A model generated the notes under the pieces. It made no database searches. It was not told the DNA's origin and saw nothing but the letters and a program-made list of their open reading frames with translations. Positions 37,701-48,048 of a stretch of DNA of 64,000 bases are shown one piece after another. This DNA is from Thermoplasmatales archaeon I-plasma. Its GTDB lineage: Archaea > Thermoplasmatota > Thermoplasmata > Thermoplasmatales > GCA-001856825. The translations under genes were made by a program, and so were the position numbers. Position 1 is the stretch's first letter, and every line of letters begins with the position of its first letter. The stretch covers positions 170,568 to 234,567 of the forward strand of contig ATMD01000004.1 in the NCBI GenBank assembly GCA_001856825.1, given 5' to 3'.

Positions 37701-39896
37701 GAAGGAACGCGTAGCACAGTGCCGGAACCGCTGCTTGAAAAGTTCTGTAGACTTCACTGCATTCCTGAGTGAGCCGCCTATCGTGATTGTCTTCAGGAGC
37801 TCGCTTACACGGGCAACGTCTACCTTCCTGTTGAATGTAAGCATGAAACCGTCATCCGTCAAGGAAATCCTAGAGTTGACGGAAAAATCCCTTGAAATAT
37901 GGAATGCTATGATCCTGCTCAGAGCGTCGTTCACCCTTCTTCCAAGGGCAAAATGAAATATCACTGAGAACTGGTTTGCCTTGTCAATATACCCTTCAAC
38001 TAGGAATTTTTCATTTGTAGGAACCCCGTAGTCTATCTGGTTTGTGATATATGACATTACGCTCCTTATGCTGTTCTCGTCCGCTGCATATTCTGTCTTC
38101 AGGAATTCTTCAGCCGTTCCATCCTTCACCCTAGCTTCCAACTCCTTCCTGAACTTGCCTACCTCAATTGAAAGGTCAAATGTCCTTGGGAGCATCTCGC
38201 CAACCCATGATGGAACCGTTGGTTTCCTGCCTAAAGCATCCTTTATGAACACCTTGTTCCCCCTCATCCTCAGGAACTCATACGTTCTCGCGCCTAGGAC
38301 AAATATGTCCCCCCTGTGCAGCTTCTCTACGAACTTCTCCGACAGAGACCCGAGGTGCCTGTTGTCGACCGAGAATGCATCGTAATCAGCTTCCTCAGGT
38401 ATCGTACCTGCATTGGTGAAATAGATCAGCCTTGTGCTCTTCTTCCTTCCGAATGTGTGCTCTTTCCTGTCCCACCATATCTTTGAGTATACGTTCCCCT
38501 CCTCGAAACCGCCTGAAAGATAGTTTAGGACGTTTATGAAATCGCCCTCTGGAATGTTACCGTAGCAGTACGTCCTCCTGATTATATCCAGGGCCTCTGC
38601 CTCATTCCATTTCTTTTCAAGGGATATTCCCGCTATGAACTGGCTGAGAACGTCGAGTGAATTCTTGGGTATGTTTATCCTGTCCAGCTTCTTGGCCTTA
38701 GCCTCCTTTACAAGAACAAGCGATTCCACCAGGTCATCTATGTCCATTGGGATTATTCTCCCCTTTGCAGTAGCAAAGACAGAATGACCGGACCTGCCCA
38801 CCCGCTGGAGCCCCTTTGCAATTCCCTTTGGCGATCCTACCTGCACTACGAGATCTATGCTGCCTATATCGATACCCAGCTCTAGAGATGTAGAGGATAC
38901 TGCGCACTTCAGTTCTCCCTTCTTCAGCCTTTCCTCAACGTTGAACCTCGACTCCTTGGAGAGGCTGGAATGATGTGCTTCCAGGTCCAGTATGCCCCTT
39001 TCTATCAATTTTGAGGACACCCTTTCCGCACCGCTTCTTGTGTTTGTGAATACGAGAGTGGTCGTGTGCTCCTTAACCATTGATTCTATTATGTCGTAAG
39101 TCCTTTCATTTATCTGTTCCTGTGGTGCTGAGAACAGGTCAGATACCGGGCATACCACCCTCATATCAAGATTCTTGTTCGATTCCGTCTCGACTATATG
39201 CACGTCGATTTTCTCGACGTTCCCCACCAGGAATTTTGCAAGTTCATCTATTGGCTCTGTTGTTGCAGAAAGCCCGATCCTGGTTACGCTGCCCGTGTTA
39301 TACTGAAGGAATTCTATGATCAGGCTCAGAAGCTCCCCTCTCTTGTTGGAAGCGAGATCGTGTATCTCGTCAACAATTAGGAATTCAACGCCCCGGAATT
39401 TTTCCTTGAACTTGGGTGAGAAGAGCGCTAGCGCAAGAGACTCAGGCGTCGTGATAAAAATGTGTGGTGGTGTCTTGTTCATCTTCTGCCTCACGTATTG
39501 ACTTGTGTCACCTGACCTGACTCCAACCCTTATTTTCGGAATGTGGATGCCCTTCTTCTCTGCAAGTTCCCTAATCTCCTCCAGGGGCACTTCCAGGTTC
39601 CTGTGGATATCGTTTGCTAGCGCCTTGAGCGGTGAAACATAAACGCAATATATCTTGTCCTCGAGCTTGTTCTGCTTGGCAAGGAGGAAAAGTTCATTGA
39701 TAGTTACGAGGAATCCAGAGAGAGTTTTTCCTGTTCCCGTTGGAGATGAAATCAGTACATTCTTCCTTTGGTGGATGAGAGGTATTCCCACTTTCTGGGC
39801 GGCAGTTGCGTTGGTGTACTTGGATGTGAACCATTCCAGGACCAGGGGGTCGAGGTATTGCTCCAGATTGTACTCATTATTACCTCTTATTATCAT
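34800..39896 (-). CDS. lhr: very large Lhr-type DExH helicase (1698 aa)
   Basis: SSPTGTGKTL (I), VDEIHD (II), LSATT (III), QRVGRSGH (VI), followed by about 1,100 aa of uncharacterised C-terminal sequence. Confidence 0.8.
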   Translation of the reverse strand: MIIRGNNEYNLEQYLDPLVLEWFTSKYTNATAAQKVGIPLIHQRKNVLISSPTGTGKTLSGFLVTINELFLLAKQNKLEDKIYCVYVSPLKALANDIHRNLEVPLEEIRELAEKKGIHIPKIRVGVRSGDTSQYVRQKMNKTPPHIFITTPESLALALFSPKFKEKFRGVEFLIVDEIHDLASNKRGELLSLIIEFLQYNTGSVTRIGLSATTEPIDELAKFLVGNVEKIDVHIVETESNKNLDMRVVCPVSDLFSAPQEQINERTYDIIESMVKEHTTTLVFTNTRSGAERVSSKLIERGILDLEAHHSSLSKESRFNVEERLKKGELKCAVSSTSLELGIDIGSIDLVVQVGSPKGIAKGLQRVGRSGHSVFATAKGRIIPMDIDDLVESLVLVKEAKAKKLDRINIPKNSLDVLSQFIAGISLEKKWNEAEALDIIRRTYCYGNIPEGDFINVLNYLSGGFEEGNVYSKIWWDRKEHTFGRKKSTRLIYFTNAGTIPEEADYDAFSVDNRHLGSLSEKFVEKLHRGDIFVLGARTYEFLRMRGNKVFIKDALGRKPTVPSWVGEMLPRTFDLSIEVGKFRKELEARVKDGTAEEFLKTEYAADENSIRSVMSYITNQIDYGVPTNEKFLVEGYIDKANQFSVIFHFALGRRVNDALSRIIAFHISRDFSVNSRISLTDDGFMLTFNRKVDVARVSELLKTITIGGSLRNAVKSTELFKQRFRHCATRSFMVLRRYRGREVSVARQQLRSERVLNILFSMENFPIIEETFREIESIVMDIENSEKILKSIRDGEIEIITRDYTRYPSPFGFGIISTGITDVVLMEDKSAIIRELQEALLTKMGLEGSSEVDIESLMNYQESKQLIGSDSGITDFLRKAGFADLYSTVSFSPFKKADNPEEYLDRLAEHLRSGEIVPVFTGKTTYALRENVPYLAAVFMQENDKEVNFEDGESTNSIAKKNSLDPESTLIVLRKMERAYTAYFLRHGNRVKWYHRNVERADRIDSITRVVQWLLWQNGPLTFNEIVDRIGQINELEEVIEDLTTRKVIVSGRFFPKREKQYILSDDLKKLKATDEIEIGRIRLNRALQKFGENYFDDYLIANDSSSLSIRGYPETQMNSKGIVYGHFAGQIRGYFDEKYLPQLISLNRVEDLGKEEKEILDLIRKGKYGMQDVEEKTLEKLIRNNYVVSKQGRPVKVSEEPVEPVELLERFVSTYGPISIDEVVQTFGGLVRKYIGKLNVKKMVSGHSTYLYSDVTFTKQKAVISTRDPLFLVNRERIEGETGEGMTYFLLEDGAVRLGVETATENGILEIFEINGDYSGNFDQVMEVVREISRMEHFDSLVIRRITFPVPDKARLQQLGYSMIRNFMVNGTTVDDLSMDEEDMIRYLVAKHHLSNGYKHSDPVVALDSILGYKGNFELMMKSQRSIDLDKLVMSNLAVQGYIIDGTQGYLSKENVSLLASVKYDSLSDNAKKLYEIVKKMPVLSREIVVERSCFTINQTLNYLNEMLKKCLIYKDNKGRYQLTQVSGIGEEAMDRITRELGIFNGRILSSIFGNSIDGNFVSSYLSRGMEAGKFRRILPLKSRDELMYCWKDENFTPNASNEDVVLLPRTLSMEHVSLILGWKPQGKMVLLRDGYDPIFFKGKRSGNKLSITTELRDETKKRISKYLQSINIKLERQESDEVTEKWYEQMIPKKYK

Positions 39897-40043
39897 TTAG
39901 ATTCCTGCGTAGTGGGAAAGGTATGTTGAAAAGCTATAAAAACATGTAGACTGACCCATAGAAAATTATTCCTTAAAGAGGCCCGACATCCTGTACTGTT
40001 TCCAATTACGGAACTTATTTATTTCCATCATGCAGGTGGTACC

Positions 40044-40712
40044 ATGGACCGGCAGATATGGAATGACGTGGAGGACTATTTCACATACAACATTGTCAAG
40101 CAGGAAACATCTCTCTCCAATGCACTCAGACACCAGAATGAGGAAGGTCTTCCTCCAATAAACGTTCCACCTACTCAAGGGAAGCTTTTGTACCTGCTCG
40201 CCAAGATGATAAATGCAGCAAAGATCCTAGAAATAGGAACACTTGGAGGATACAGCACACTCTGGCTTGCAAAAGCTCTACCTGAAGGGGGGAAGATTAC
40301 CACTCTTGAAATCAACGCCAAACATGCAGTCATTTCCAGGGACAACGTATTGTCAGCAGGATTTGCAAGCAAGGTGGAAATAATCGTTGGACCGGCAAAG
40401 AAGACGTTGCTGGAAATGGCTGAAAGAGGGACATCGATTTTCGACATGATATTCATTGATGCTGACAAGGAGAACAATCCTGAATACTTCGATTTGGCGT
40501 TAAGGCTCACCGGACCCGGGACGGTGATTGTGATAGATAATGTGGTAAGGAATGGAAGAATTATTGAAGATGGTGATGAAGACCCTTCAGTAATTGGAAT
40601 TAGAAAGTTAATAGAAATGGCAAAAAAGGACGATAGGATCGAATCGACTGCTATTCAGACTGTGAGCGGCAAGGGTTATGACGGCTTCATGGTAGTGAGG
40701 GTAAAGAACTAA
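40044..40712 (+). CDS. class I SAM-dependent O-methyltransferase (family 3, caffeoyl-CoA OMT-like)
   Basis: ILEIGTLGGYSTLWLA and FIDADKENN. Confidence 0.8.
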   Translation: MDRQIWNDVEDYFTYNIVKQETSLSNALRHQNEEGLPPINVPPTQGKLLYLLAKMINAAKILEIGTLGGYSTLWLAKALPEGGKITTLEINAKHAVISRDNVLSAGFASKVEIIVGPAKKTLLEMAERGTSIFDMIFIDADKENNPEYFDLALRLTGPGTVIVIDNVVRNGRIIEDGDEDPSVIGIRKLIEMAKKDDRIESTAIQTVSGKGYDGFMVVRVKN

Positions 40713-40739
40713 CGACTGCAGTTAAGGAATAACGGACGC

Positions 40740-41039
40740 TTAGTAATTCTCTATGTGGAATATCGCCATTCTTTCAAGGAGCTGTTCAACTGATTTCACT
40801 TTCCAGTAGTTCTTCTTTGAATCTGTTATCTCAATTACAGGGGTATCCCTTTTACTGTTGGAATTTTCTACCTTCACAACCCGTCCTGAGTATCCTTTTA
40901 CTCCTACCATCCCGAATGCCTTATGGACCTGTCTTTGAAGTGAAAGGTAGAGGAGAATCTCGTTCCAGATGGATTTGCTTATTGACTTCCCTGTTTCAAA
41001 GTTCTCTGTTACGTACTTTATGGCAACGTCAAGATGCAC
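40740..41039 (-). CDS. cgi121: KEOPS subunit Cgi121-like protein (N-terminus uncertain)
   Basis: KSIWNEILLYLSLQRQVHKAFGMVGVK matches the Cgi121 core (..EIL...SG.RQI..AI...G.k). The homology appears to continue upstream of the annotated GTG. Confidence 0.65.
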   Translation of the reverse strand: MHLDVAIKYVTENFETGKSISKSIWNEILLYLSLQRQVHKAFGMVGVKGYSGRVVKVENSNSKRDTPVIEITDSKKNYWKVKSVEQLLERMAIFHIENY

Positions 41040-41133
41040 ATTACCCAGTATCCTGTCCTCCCTGATGAGTGCACAATTCTTGAAACTGTCAATGTCTTTT
41101 TCATCAAAATTATCTAAAAAATAATAGGTTAGG

Positions 41134-43125
41134 TCAACTGGAATTGACCATCACCTTTCCCGTGGAAACTGCAAGATCAAACTTCGAAAGAAGTGATGTC
41201 TTTGACTTTGTCGAGGCAAGAACGAGATTAAGGACTTCAGTTATAGTCTTAACAACGTGTATCTGGATCTTCGCCCTCTGCGTCTCTTCCAGGACAATGT
41301 CCCCTTTATTGCTTTCCGGAACTATGACATTCTTGAATCCTGCCTCAATTGCTGCCTCCACCTTTGCCGTGACCCCGCCGACTGGGAGCACCTGCCCCCT
41401 GATCGACAGTGACCCTGTCATTGCATATGACTGGTCAACAGGTATTCCTTCCATTGCAGAAACAACAGCTGTAGCGATTGTAATACTAGCAGAATCCCCT
41501 TCAACCCCTTCGTAGCTTCCTATGAACTGGATATGTACGTCGTGGTTTGCGATATCCTGACCCGTGTATTTCTTTATGACTGCAGATACATTCTGTACTG
41601 CTTCCTTTGCAATTTCACCCAGCTTCCCTGTTGCTATGACCTTCCCGCTCTCCTTCTCCTGAGCCGGAGTTACCTCTGCAGCAACTGGCATCACTATTCC
41701 AGAGTACTCAGCCATTCCTGATCCTGCGCTGAAAACGGCAAGCCCGTTCACTATTCCAATGGAATACCCCTCGTTCATGAATGTGCTGTAATTCTTGTAC
41801 GCTTCTATGTGTTTATCTGCAATCTGCTGTTCCAGCGGCCTTGCCTTGATTTTTGCCTTGATAACGTGATCACTTGTGACTACGGTTGATCCTGCCTGTA
41901 CGGCCAGATCGCCAGCTATTCTGATCAATCCGCCCATCTCCCTGAGTCTCAGGGTAATCTTTCCCTTTCTCCCTGCCCTCTTCTGCGCTTCCCTAATTAC
42001 CTCTGCTATGGCTGTGTAGTCGAAAGGAGGGATCTTTTTGTCCTTGGCAACTTCCTGACTGACGAACCTCATGACTTTTTCTCTGTTGTCCTCGGTATCG
42101 TCCATCATGGTATTCATGTACACCTCGTATCCGTACCCTCTGATCCTGGACCTCAGGGCTGGATGCATGCCCTGGAGTGCATCGAGGTTTCCGGATGCAA
42201 CAAGAATGAAATCACAAGGTACCATTTCAGTCTGCACAAGCGCACCTGCAGATCTTTCGCTCTGTCCTGAGATTGTGTACTTCTTCTCCTGCATTGCGGT
42301 CAGCAGGCTCTGTTGACTTTCCATCCTGAGCGTATTTATTTCATCGATGAATAGAACGCCCTTGTCTGCCTTGTGTATGTTACCTGCCTCAACCCTTAGG
42401 TGAGCAGGCGTTTCAAGTCCTCCTGACTGGAAGGGATCATGTCTCACGTCTCCCAAGAGTGCTCCTGCCTGTGCACCAGTAGAATCTATGAAAGGTGGCT
42501 TGTCATCCTTATCGTGACCCACAAGCAGTTTCGGCACTAGCGTCTTGTCCTCCCTTGACACCGGCCCCATATTGAGAGCGATGTAGAGGAATGCCGCGGC
42601 CATTATTGCAAGAAATATGGGTGTAGAGTCAATTGAGTGTGTCGTAGGATAGTTTATGAAAGCGAATATAAGCCCTATAATCACTATGAAAATAACAAGA
42701 ATCCTTACGCTCCTTGTCCTTTCCGTCTTCTCCTGGTCTGCCCTCTTCTGATAGTCCTTCGTTATTTCCTTCCCCTTCCCTGCAGGGACTGTGACTATCT
42801 TTGGACGATTCGGATCCTCTGGATTATGGAAGACAAGTATATCCTCCAACTCCTCCTTTGGAATGAAATCAGTCATTGATTGGGCAAGCATTGATTTGCC
42901 TGTTCCGGGTTCACCGATGAGGATGACGTGTCTCTTCTGCTTTGCCGCCCTCTTTATAACCTCAACCCCCTGGTCCTGGCCAATAACCTGGTCAACGAGC
43001 TTCTCCGGTATCTTGATGTCGTTGGTCGTATTGACCCCTTTAGACTTTATCCATTCGGCTAATTCGTCCATTCGGTACGCAAGTGAAAATCGGTAATTAA
43101 GTGTTTTGTTGAAATCCTGGATCAC
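41134..43125 (-). CDS. lon: archaeal membrane-anchored Lon protease (LonB)
   Basis: GEPGTGKS Walker A, two TM helices inserted in the AAA+ module, and the protease motif [11 protein letters not shown]. Confidence 0.95.
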   Translation of the reverse strand: MIQDFNKTLNYRFSLAYRMDELAEWIKSKGVNTTNDIKIPEKLVDQVIGQDQGVEVIKRAAKQKRHVILIGEPGTGKSMLAQSMTDFIPKEELEDILVFHNPEDPNRPKIVTVPAGKGKEITKDYQKRADQEKTERTRSVRILVIFIVIIGLIFAFINYPTTHSIDSTPIFLAIMAAAFLYIALNMGPVSREDKTLVPKLLVGHDKDDKPPFIDSTGAQAGALLGDVRHDPFQSGGLETPAHLRVEAGNIHKADKGVLFIDEINTLRMESQQSLLTAMQEKKYTISGQSERSAGALVQTEMVPCDFILVASGNLDALQGMHPALRSRIRGYGYEVYMNTMMDDTEDNREKVMRFVSQEVAKDKKIPPFDYTAIAEVIREAQKRAGRKGKITLRLREMGGLIRIAGDLAVQAGSTVVTSDHVIKAKIKARPLEQQIADKHIEAYKNYSTFMNEGYSIGIVNGLAVFSAGSGMAEYSGIVMPVAAEVTPAQEKESGKVIATGKLGEIAKEAVQNVSAVIKKYTGQDIANHDVHIQFIGSYEGVEGDSASITIATAVVSAMEGIPVDQSYAMTGSLSIRGQVLPVGGVTAKVEAAIEAGFKNVIVPESNKGDIVLEETQRAKIQIHVVKTITEVLNLVLASTKSKTSLLSKFDLAVSTGKVMVNSS

Positions 43126-43166
43126 CTTTTCGGATTATATTTAATTCTCAGAGAGAATTAACCCCC

Positions 43167-43973
43167 ATGATTCTGGACGGAAGACCTATTGCAAAACACC
43201 TGCTGGAGGAAGTGAAGAAAGGGGTTGCAGATATTGGGAAAGTCAAGATGGTCTCTGTTGCTTACGAAGAAGACCAAGAATCGATAGTATATTTCAACAA
43301 CATTAGAAGGAATGCAGAGAAAGTAGGCATAGAATTCAACCCATTAGTAATCAAGGGACAGGAGCTTCTCGGTACAATTGATAAGCTAAACAATGACAAT
43401 TCTGTGGATGCTGTCATAATAGGAAGACCTTTTCCCAAGGGGATAACGAACGAGATGGTCTCTGAGGCCCTTGACCCTGACAAAGACGCGGACTGCGTGA
43501 CATACCAGAACATGGGTCAGCTGTACTTTGGAGCCGAGGGGATAGCCCCAGCCACGCCTAAGGCATCAATAGACATTCTCCTGTACAACAATATAGACCT
43601 CAGGGGGAAGGATGCGCTTATCATCAACCGGTCTGTCACTGTTGGCAGGCCCCTATCACAGATGCTATTGAACATGGATGCGACAGTTACAGTAGCTCAC
43701 AGCAAGACTAAGAATATGGAGAAACTGATCGAGGAAAACGATATAGTATTCCTTGCTGTTGCAAGACCTGGATATCTTAAGGCGTCCTCTATAAGGAGCA
43801 AGAAGCTGGTTGTGGATATCGGAATAAACGTCGTGGATGGCAAGATAAGGGGTGATTTTGAGCCCGATATGGAGAACGCACTTGTAGACTACACTGCAGT
43901 CCCTGGCGGGGTGGGAGCTGTTACCAGCGTTGAGATTCTAAAAAATGCGATGGTACTTGCAAGAAGCCGATAA
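43167..43973 (+). CDS. folD: bifunctional methylenetetrahydrofolate dehydrogenase/cyclohydrolase
   Basis: The size and the D.DKDADC.., NRS..VGRPL and PGGVGAVT motifs. Confidence 0.85.
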   Translation: MILDGRPIAKHLLEEVKKGVADIGKVKMVSVAYEEDQESIVYFNNIRRNAEKVGIEFNPLVIKGQELLGTIDKLNNDNSVDAVIIGRPFPKGITNEMVSEALDPDKDADCVTYQNMGQLYFGAEGIAPATPKASIDILLYNNIDLRGKDALIINRSVTVGRPLSQMLLNMDATVTVAHSKTKNMEKLIEENDIVFLAVARPGYLKASSIRSKKLVVDIGINVVDGKIRGDFEPDMENALVDYTAVPGGVGAVTSVEILKNAMVLARSR

Positions 43974-44020
43974 GGTTTATTAATAGTTAATTCATACCTT
44001 CCGACCCAGGTGCTTGATAA

Positions 44021-44377
44021 ATGGGCGTAAACGAAAAAGATAAAAGGGAGAAACTTGCTTTGGAGATGAAGAAGGCAGCAGTAGAGAACGATTCAAGGTT
44101 CTGGGGCGATATCGCTAAAAGAATCAGGAAGTCCAAGGACAATCTCGCGGAAGTGAATATAGGGAAGATATCCCGATTCGCTGCAACTGATGATACTGTT
44201 GTAGTTCCCGGAGTTGTACTTGGGTCTGGAAGGATAGAAGAACCCGTAAAAGTTGCTGCCCTTTACTTTTCTAAATCTGCGCGTTCAAAGATAGAAGAGG
44301 CGGGAGGGAAGGCAATGACGCTAGAGGAATTGATGAAGGAAAATTCAAAGGGAACAAAAGTTAAGATAATAGGGTGA
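44021..44377 (+). CDS. rpl18e: 50S ribosomal protein L18e
   Basis: Sequence pattern and its position ahead of L13-S9-RpoN. Confidence 0.85.
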   Translation: MGVNEKDKREKLALEMKKAAVENDSRFWGDIAKRIRKSKDNLAEVNIGKISRFAATDDTVVVPGVVLGSGRIEEPVKVAALYFSKSARSKIEEAGGKAMTLEELMKENSKGTKVKIIG

Positions 44378-44407
44378 TGTGAAATTAGAATAATAGATGG
44401 AAGCAAT

Positions 44408-44815
44408 TTGGTTCTTGGAAGGGCATCGTCCTACCTTGCTAAGGAGCTCCTGACCAAGGAAGATGAAATTGTGGTAGTAAATGCAGAAAAGGCAGTTGTA
44501 TCAGGAAGGAAGAGGTACACGATAGAAAGATACAAGATGGAGAGAGACGTAGGATCAGTAAGGAAGGGACCAAGGTTCCCTAAAGAGGCTGACAGGATAT
44601 TCAGAAGGACAGTAAGGGGAATGCTGCCGATGAAGGACTCAAAAGGGAAGAACGCATTCAAGAAACTGAGAGTTTACATAGGAGTTCCAAAGGACTTCAA
44701 GGGGAAAGAACTGGAAAAACTTGAAGAATACCAGAATAAGCATGTTGCAAACGTTATAACCCTCTATGATATCTGCAAAGAACTGGGGTCAAAAGTGATA
44801 GTAGATGGTAATTGA
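44408..44815 (+). CDS. rpl13: 50S ribosomal protein L13
   Basis: [26 protein letters not shown]. The in-frame upstream codons (IIDGSN) look homologous to L13 N-termini but contain no ATG/GTG/TTG. Confidence 0.9.
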   Translation: MVLGRASSYLAKELLTKEDEIVVVNAEKAVVSGRKRYTIERYKMERDVGSVRKGPRFPKEADRIFRRTVRGMLPMKDSKGKNAFKKLRVYIGVPKDFKGKELEKLEEYQNKHVANVITLYDICKELGSKVIVDGN

Positions 44816-45200
44816 GACAAGTGGAGCCAGGAAAACGGCTGTTGCAAGAGCAACAATAAGGGAAGGGAAAGGAAGAATCAGGATTAACGGAGTCCCTATA
44901 GAGATTTACCAGCCTGAACTGGCAAAACTCAAAATGATGGAGCCGGTAATGCTTGCAGGAGATAAAATTTCGAAGATAGATATATCTGTTAACATGCGGG
45001 GCGGAGGTGTAATAGGCCAGGCAGAGGCAGCCAGGACCGCCATCTCTAGGGCACTTGTAGACTTCTTCAAGGACCAGGACCTAGAAAAGACGTTCAAGGA
45101 GTACGACAGAGCATTGCTAGTAAACGATGTAAGAAAGAAACTGCCAAAGAAGCCCGGAGGAACAGGGGCAAGAAAGAAGAAACAGAAGTCTTACAGGTGA
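44805..45200 (+). CDS. rps9: 30S ribosomal protein S9
   Basis: [19 protein letters not shown] and the C-terminal ..KKKQKSYR. Confidence 0.9.
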   Translation: MVIETSGARKTAVARATIREGKGRIRINGVPIEIYQPELAKLKMMEPVMLAGDKISKIDISVNMRGGGVIGQAEAARTAISRALVDFFKDQDLEKTFKEYDRALLVNDVRKKLPKKPGGTGARKKKQKSYR

Positions 45201-45204
45201 AAAA

Positions 45205-45426
45205 ATGATTATACCAGTTAGATGTTTCAGCTGCGGAAGGGTCATAGGATCTGACTATGTTCGCTTTACGAACAAGGTTGAAGAGATCAGAAAATCCAAG
45301 AACAGGGAAGCAACTTCTGAAGAAATATCAGAAATTCTTGACAATCTCAACGTCACGCGGTACTGCTGCAGAAGAATGATCCTCTCAAACGCTGAGCTGC
45401 TTGAGGAAATATTGCCCTTTGATTAG
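45205..45426 (+). CDS. rpoN: RNA polymerase subunit N (Rpb10)
   Basis: MIIPVRCFSCG...YCCRRM zinc-binding pattern. Confidence 0.9.
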   Translation: MIIPVRCFSCGRVIGSDYVRFTNKVEEIRKSKNREATSEEISEILDNLNVTRYCCRRMILSNAELLEEILPFD

Positions 45427-45427
45427 G

Positions 45428-45502
45428 GGGACCGTAGGGTAGATTGGACCATCCTACCAGCTTGGGGTGTTGGTGACCCGAGTTCAAATCTCGGCGGTCC
45501 CA
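45428..45502 (+). tRNA. tRNA-Pro (anticodon GGG)
   Basis: Acceptor GGGACCG/CGGTCCC, anticodon arm CCAGC-TTGGGGT-GTTGG, T-arm CCGAG-TTCAAAT-CTCGG. Starts 1 nt after the rpoN stop. Confidence 0.9.
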
Positions 45503-45633
45503 CTCGTACTTCTAGTTGTACTCACTTATTGACCTCTCTTTAATCTACCTAAGATTTTGAGCTAATAGCATTTCATTTTTCTTCACTTCATCTGCGGTGA
45601 TATTTGAAAGATAACCAAAGCAGAACTGTTCCT

Positions 45634-47019
45634 CTACACTTCTTCCCCTTCTTCGAGTACAACCTTTATTCCCTTTTTAATTGAGTAGTAAACAGCACCG
45701 AATACGAGGTATATTACCATCACCACGACCGCGATTATGACATATATGTTCACTGACAGGAAAGACCCGTAGAGCGCGAAAAGGTAAATGACAAGAGCTA
45801 TTCCAGGTACGACCACATAGGTCCACCTAAGGTCCTTCAGTTTCCTGAAATAGAATGGAAGGGACGTATTCAACATTATGTGCTCTATTATCGTTCCTGC
45901 CCCCGTCCATATTCCAGTCACTAGGAATCCATTGAATGGCCCGAACGCCCAGCCGGTTATTGTGAAAATCACTATGCCAATGAGGGTGTTGTATATGAGT
46001 GCTATGTGCGGGCTCTTGTGCTTCCTGTGAGTATTTGACAACGATGTCGGAAGCATTCCATCTTTTGACATTGTATACATATCCCTCGAGCCTGCATTTA
46101 TTATGGCGAGAGTATCAACGAATCCACTGTTTACAAGGAATATGAACATGATCACTGCCAGTACTATGCCACCATCCCTGAGCGTCAAGATTAGCCCGGG
46201 AAGGAAATTGCTGAAATAAGTCGACATGTTTGCTGGTCCCCATCCAACTGTCATCACATAACTCATAAAAAGGAAAAAAGCACCTAGTACTATGATAGTG
46301 ACTATGACGCCTCTCCTTATGTTAAAGTGCGCGGCCCTAGCCTCAGAGCCAAGGAAGGTCATTGATCCCCATCCCGCGAGGGATGTAAATGAGAAAACAA
46401 GGCCCAGCGCAACTCCGGTCCATCCCGTCGGTGAATATTTCGTCGTAAATACTGCGCCATTAAGGGGATGAGACGTATGCGAAAGTATAAAGAATGCAGC
46501 AACCAGGAGGATTATCATTTCGATAGTCCCAGTATAGACACTGTACCTCAATGAATTTTTAATTCCAGAGTACGCAAGACCAAATGCTGCCAGGGCGACT
46601 AAAAGGCCTATTGGGTACCAAGACCAACTTGGAAGTGGTATACCCAATACACCGAACCCAACTTGAGTAGCAAGTGCGGTCTCGAAGTAGATAAATGGAG
46701 TGGCCCCTATTACGGTATAGAGCATGTATACCCATCCTCCAAATGCACCAACCTTTGGCCCGAACCCCCTCTCTACGTACCTGTAATAGCCACCACTTGA
46801 GGCTACCTTCCTTGAGAAAACATATATCACAAATCCTGCGGAAAGCACTGCGAAGAGTGCTAGTATGTAAGTTAAAGGTAGAGCCCCGTAAGCAAATGCT
46901 GCCGCACCCGTCATCGTTGCCGTGACTGCAATCGCAGGCGCGGTAAACGAAATTGATTGAAAAATTAGTTCCAAAAAGCCAACTGCATTTTTCTTGAGCT
47001 GCTTGTTTTCAGAAACCAT
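45634..47019 (-). CDS. APC-superfamily amino acid/polyamine permease
   Basis: 461 aa with about 12 TM helices and a typical APC N-terminal pattern. Confidence 0.75.
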   Translation of the reverse strand: MVSENKQLKKNAVGFLELIFQSISFTAPAIAVTATMTGAAAFAYGALPLTYILALFAVLSAGFVIYVFSRKVASSGGYYRYVERGFGPKVGAFGGWVYMLYTVIGATPFIYFETALATQVGFGVLGIPLPSWSWYPIGLLVALAAFGLAYSGIKNSLRYSVYTGTIEMIILLVAAFFILSHTSHPLNGAVFTTKYSPTGWTGVALGLVFSFTSLAGWGSMTFLGSEARAAHFNIRRGVIVTIIVLGAFFLFMSYVMTVGWGPANMSTYFSNFLPGLILTLRDGGIVLAVIMFIFLVNSGFVDTLAIINAGSRDMYTMSKDGMLPTSLSNTHRKHKSPHIALIYNTLIGIVIFTITGWAFGPFNGFLVTGIWTGAGTIIEHIMLNTSLPFYFRKLKDLRWTYVVVPGIALVIYLFALYGSFLSVNIYVIIAVVVMVIYLVFGAVYYSIKKGIKVVLEEGEEV

Positions 47020-47208
47020 TTTCGATGATATGATCGAAAGTATATATTAATCTTTCTTAGTTTTATATATCATGTGAATTGTCTAGTTGACTAATTTTTA
47101 TTACAGACTTAGTAAAAGGAGAAGTGGATAGATGATCCCTTGTGGAGAAGGTGGCCAATTAAAGACAAGAAAAAATGGGACAGGAACTGAAGAAACTTTT
47201 TTATTAAT

Positions 47209-47871
47209 TCATATTCCAATCAAATAGAATAATGAAATTGTAGCAGTAACTATCAACAGAAGAGAAGTTTCGGTAATGCCAATTGTTCTTAACCCCCTTG
47301 CCCTAAATGCTATCGGTATCCTAAGGAGTGAAACGGAAAAGACCAGAAACAGTGGATTCAAGACAGCGAGTGCAACTGGTACTATGTCATATAGCAAGAG
47401 AATTCTTTTCCTTGATAGCACTGCGTTCACTGTGAATTCAGACCCGACCATGAACACGAACATCGAGACAAGCAAATAGATTTCCTTTAACCCAGATATT
47501 TGCGCTGTTTCAGTGAAAAGAATGATAAAGGCAAGCATTCCAAGGACCGTCCCTATGTAGTTCAGTCTTCTGGAGGCCAGATAAAGTCTTAATGCATAAT
47601 CTAGCAGGAAAATTATGTAGGGGATTATCAGGAGTATATTGATGTAAATGGAGTATATCGAAATTAAAAAGATGATAACCAACCAGACCAAATCATTTCT
47701 CGATTTCCATACTTTTTTAAATGGAACATCATATAAGAATAGCCCCATCCATATCGGTACCCAGAAGAGAATGGAATAGATGTCCCTCCTAGTAGCAATT
47801 GCAATGGATATTGAGAAGATACCTAGTATTATGGATGTTATGACGTTACCATGCTCGACTGGCTTCTTCAC
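47209..47871 (-). CDS. hypothetical polytopic membrane protein
   Basis: Seven to eight hydrophobic helices. No motif. Confidence 0.45.
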   Translation of the reverse strand: MKKPVEHGNVITSIILGIFSISIAIATRRDIYSILFWVPIWMGLFLYDVPFKKVWKSRNDLVWLVIIFLISIYSIYINILLIIPYIIFLLDYALRLYLASRRLNYIGTVLGMLAFIILFTETAQISGLKEIYLLVSMFVFMVGSEFTVNAVLSRKRILLLYDIVPVALAVLNPLFLVFSVSLLRIPIAFRARGLRTIGITETSLLLIVTATISLFYLIGI

Positions 47872-48048
47872 ATTCGGGAATGCAGTTGTCTTAGTTAAGA
47901 TTTGGTCATTTCCAGTGAGGTGAGCATTGAGTTTAGAAGGAACTTAAACTACATTGAGTTGCTCTTGAACCTTCTGTTCTGGATGTTGCTTTTACCTTTA
48001 CAGTTTTTCATCTCTCTACAGGTAACCATAAATGAAGACCTGTCAAAG

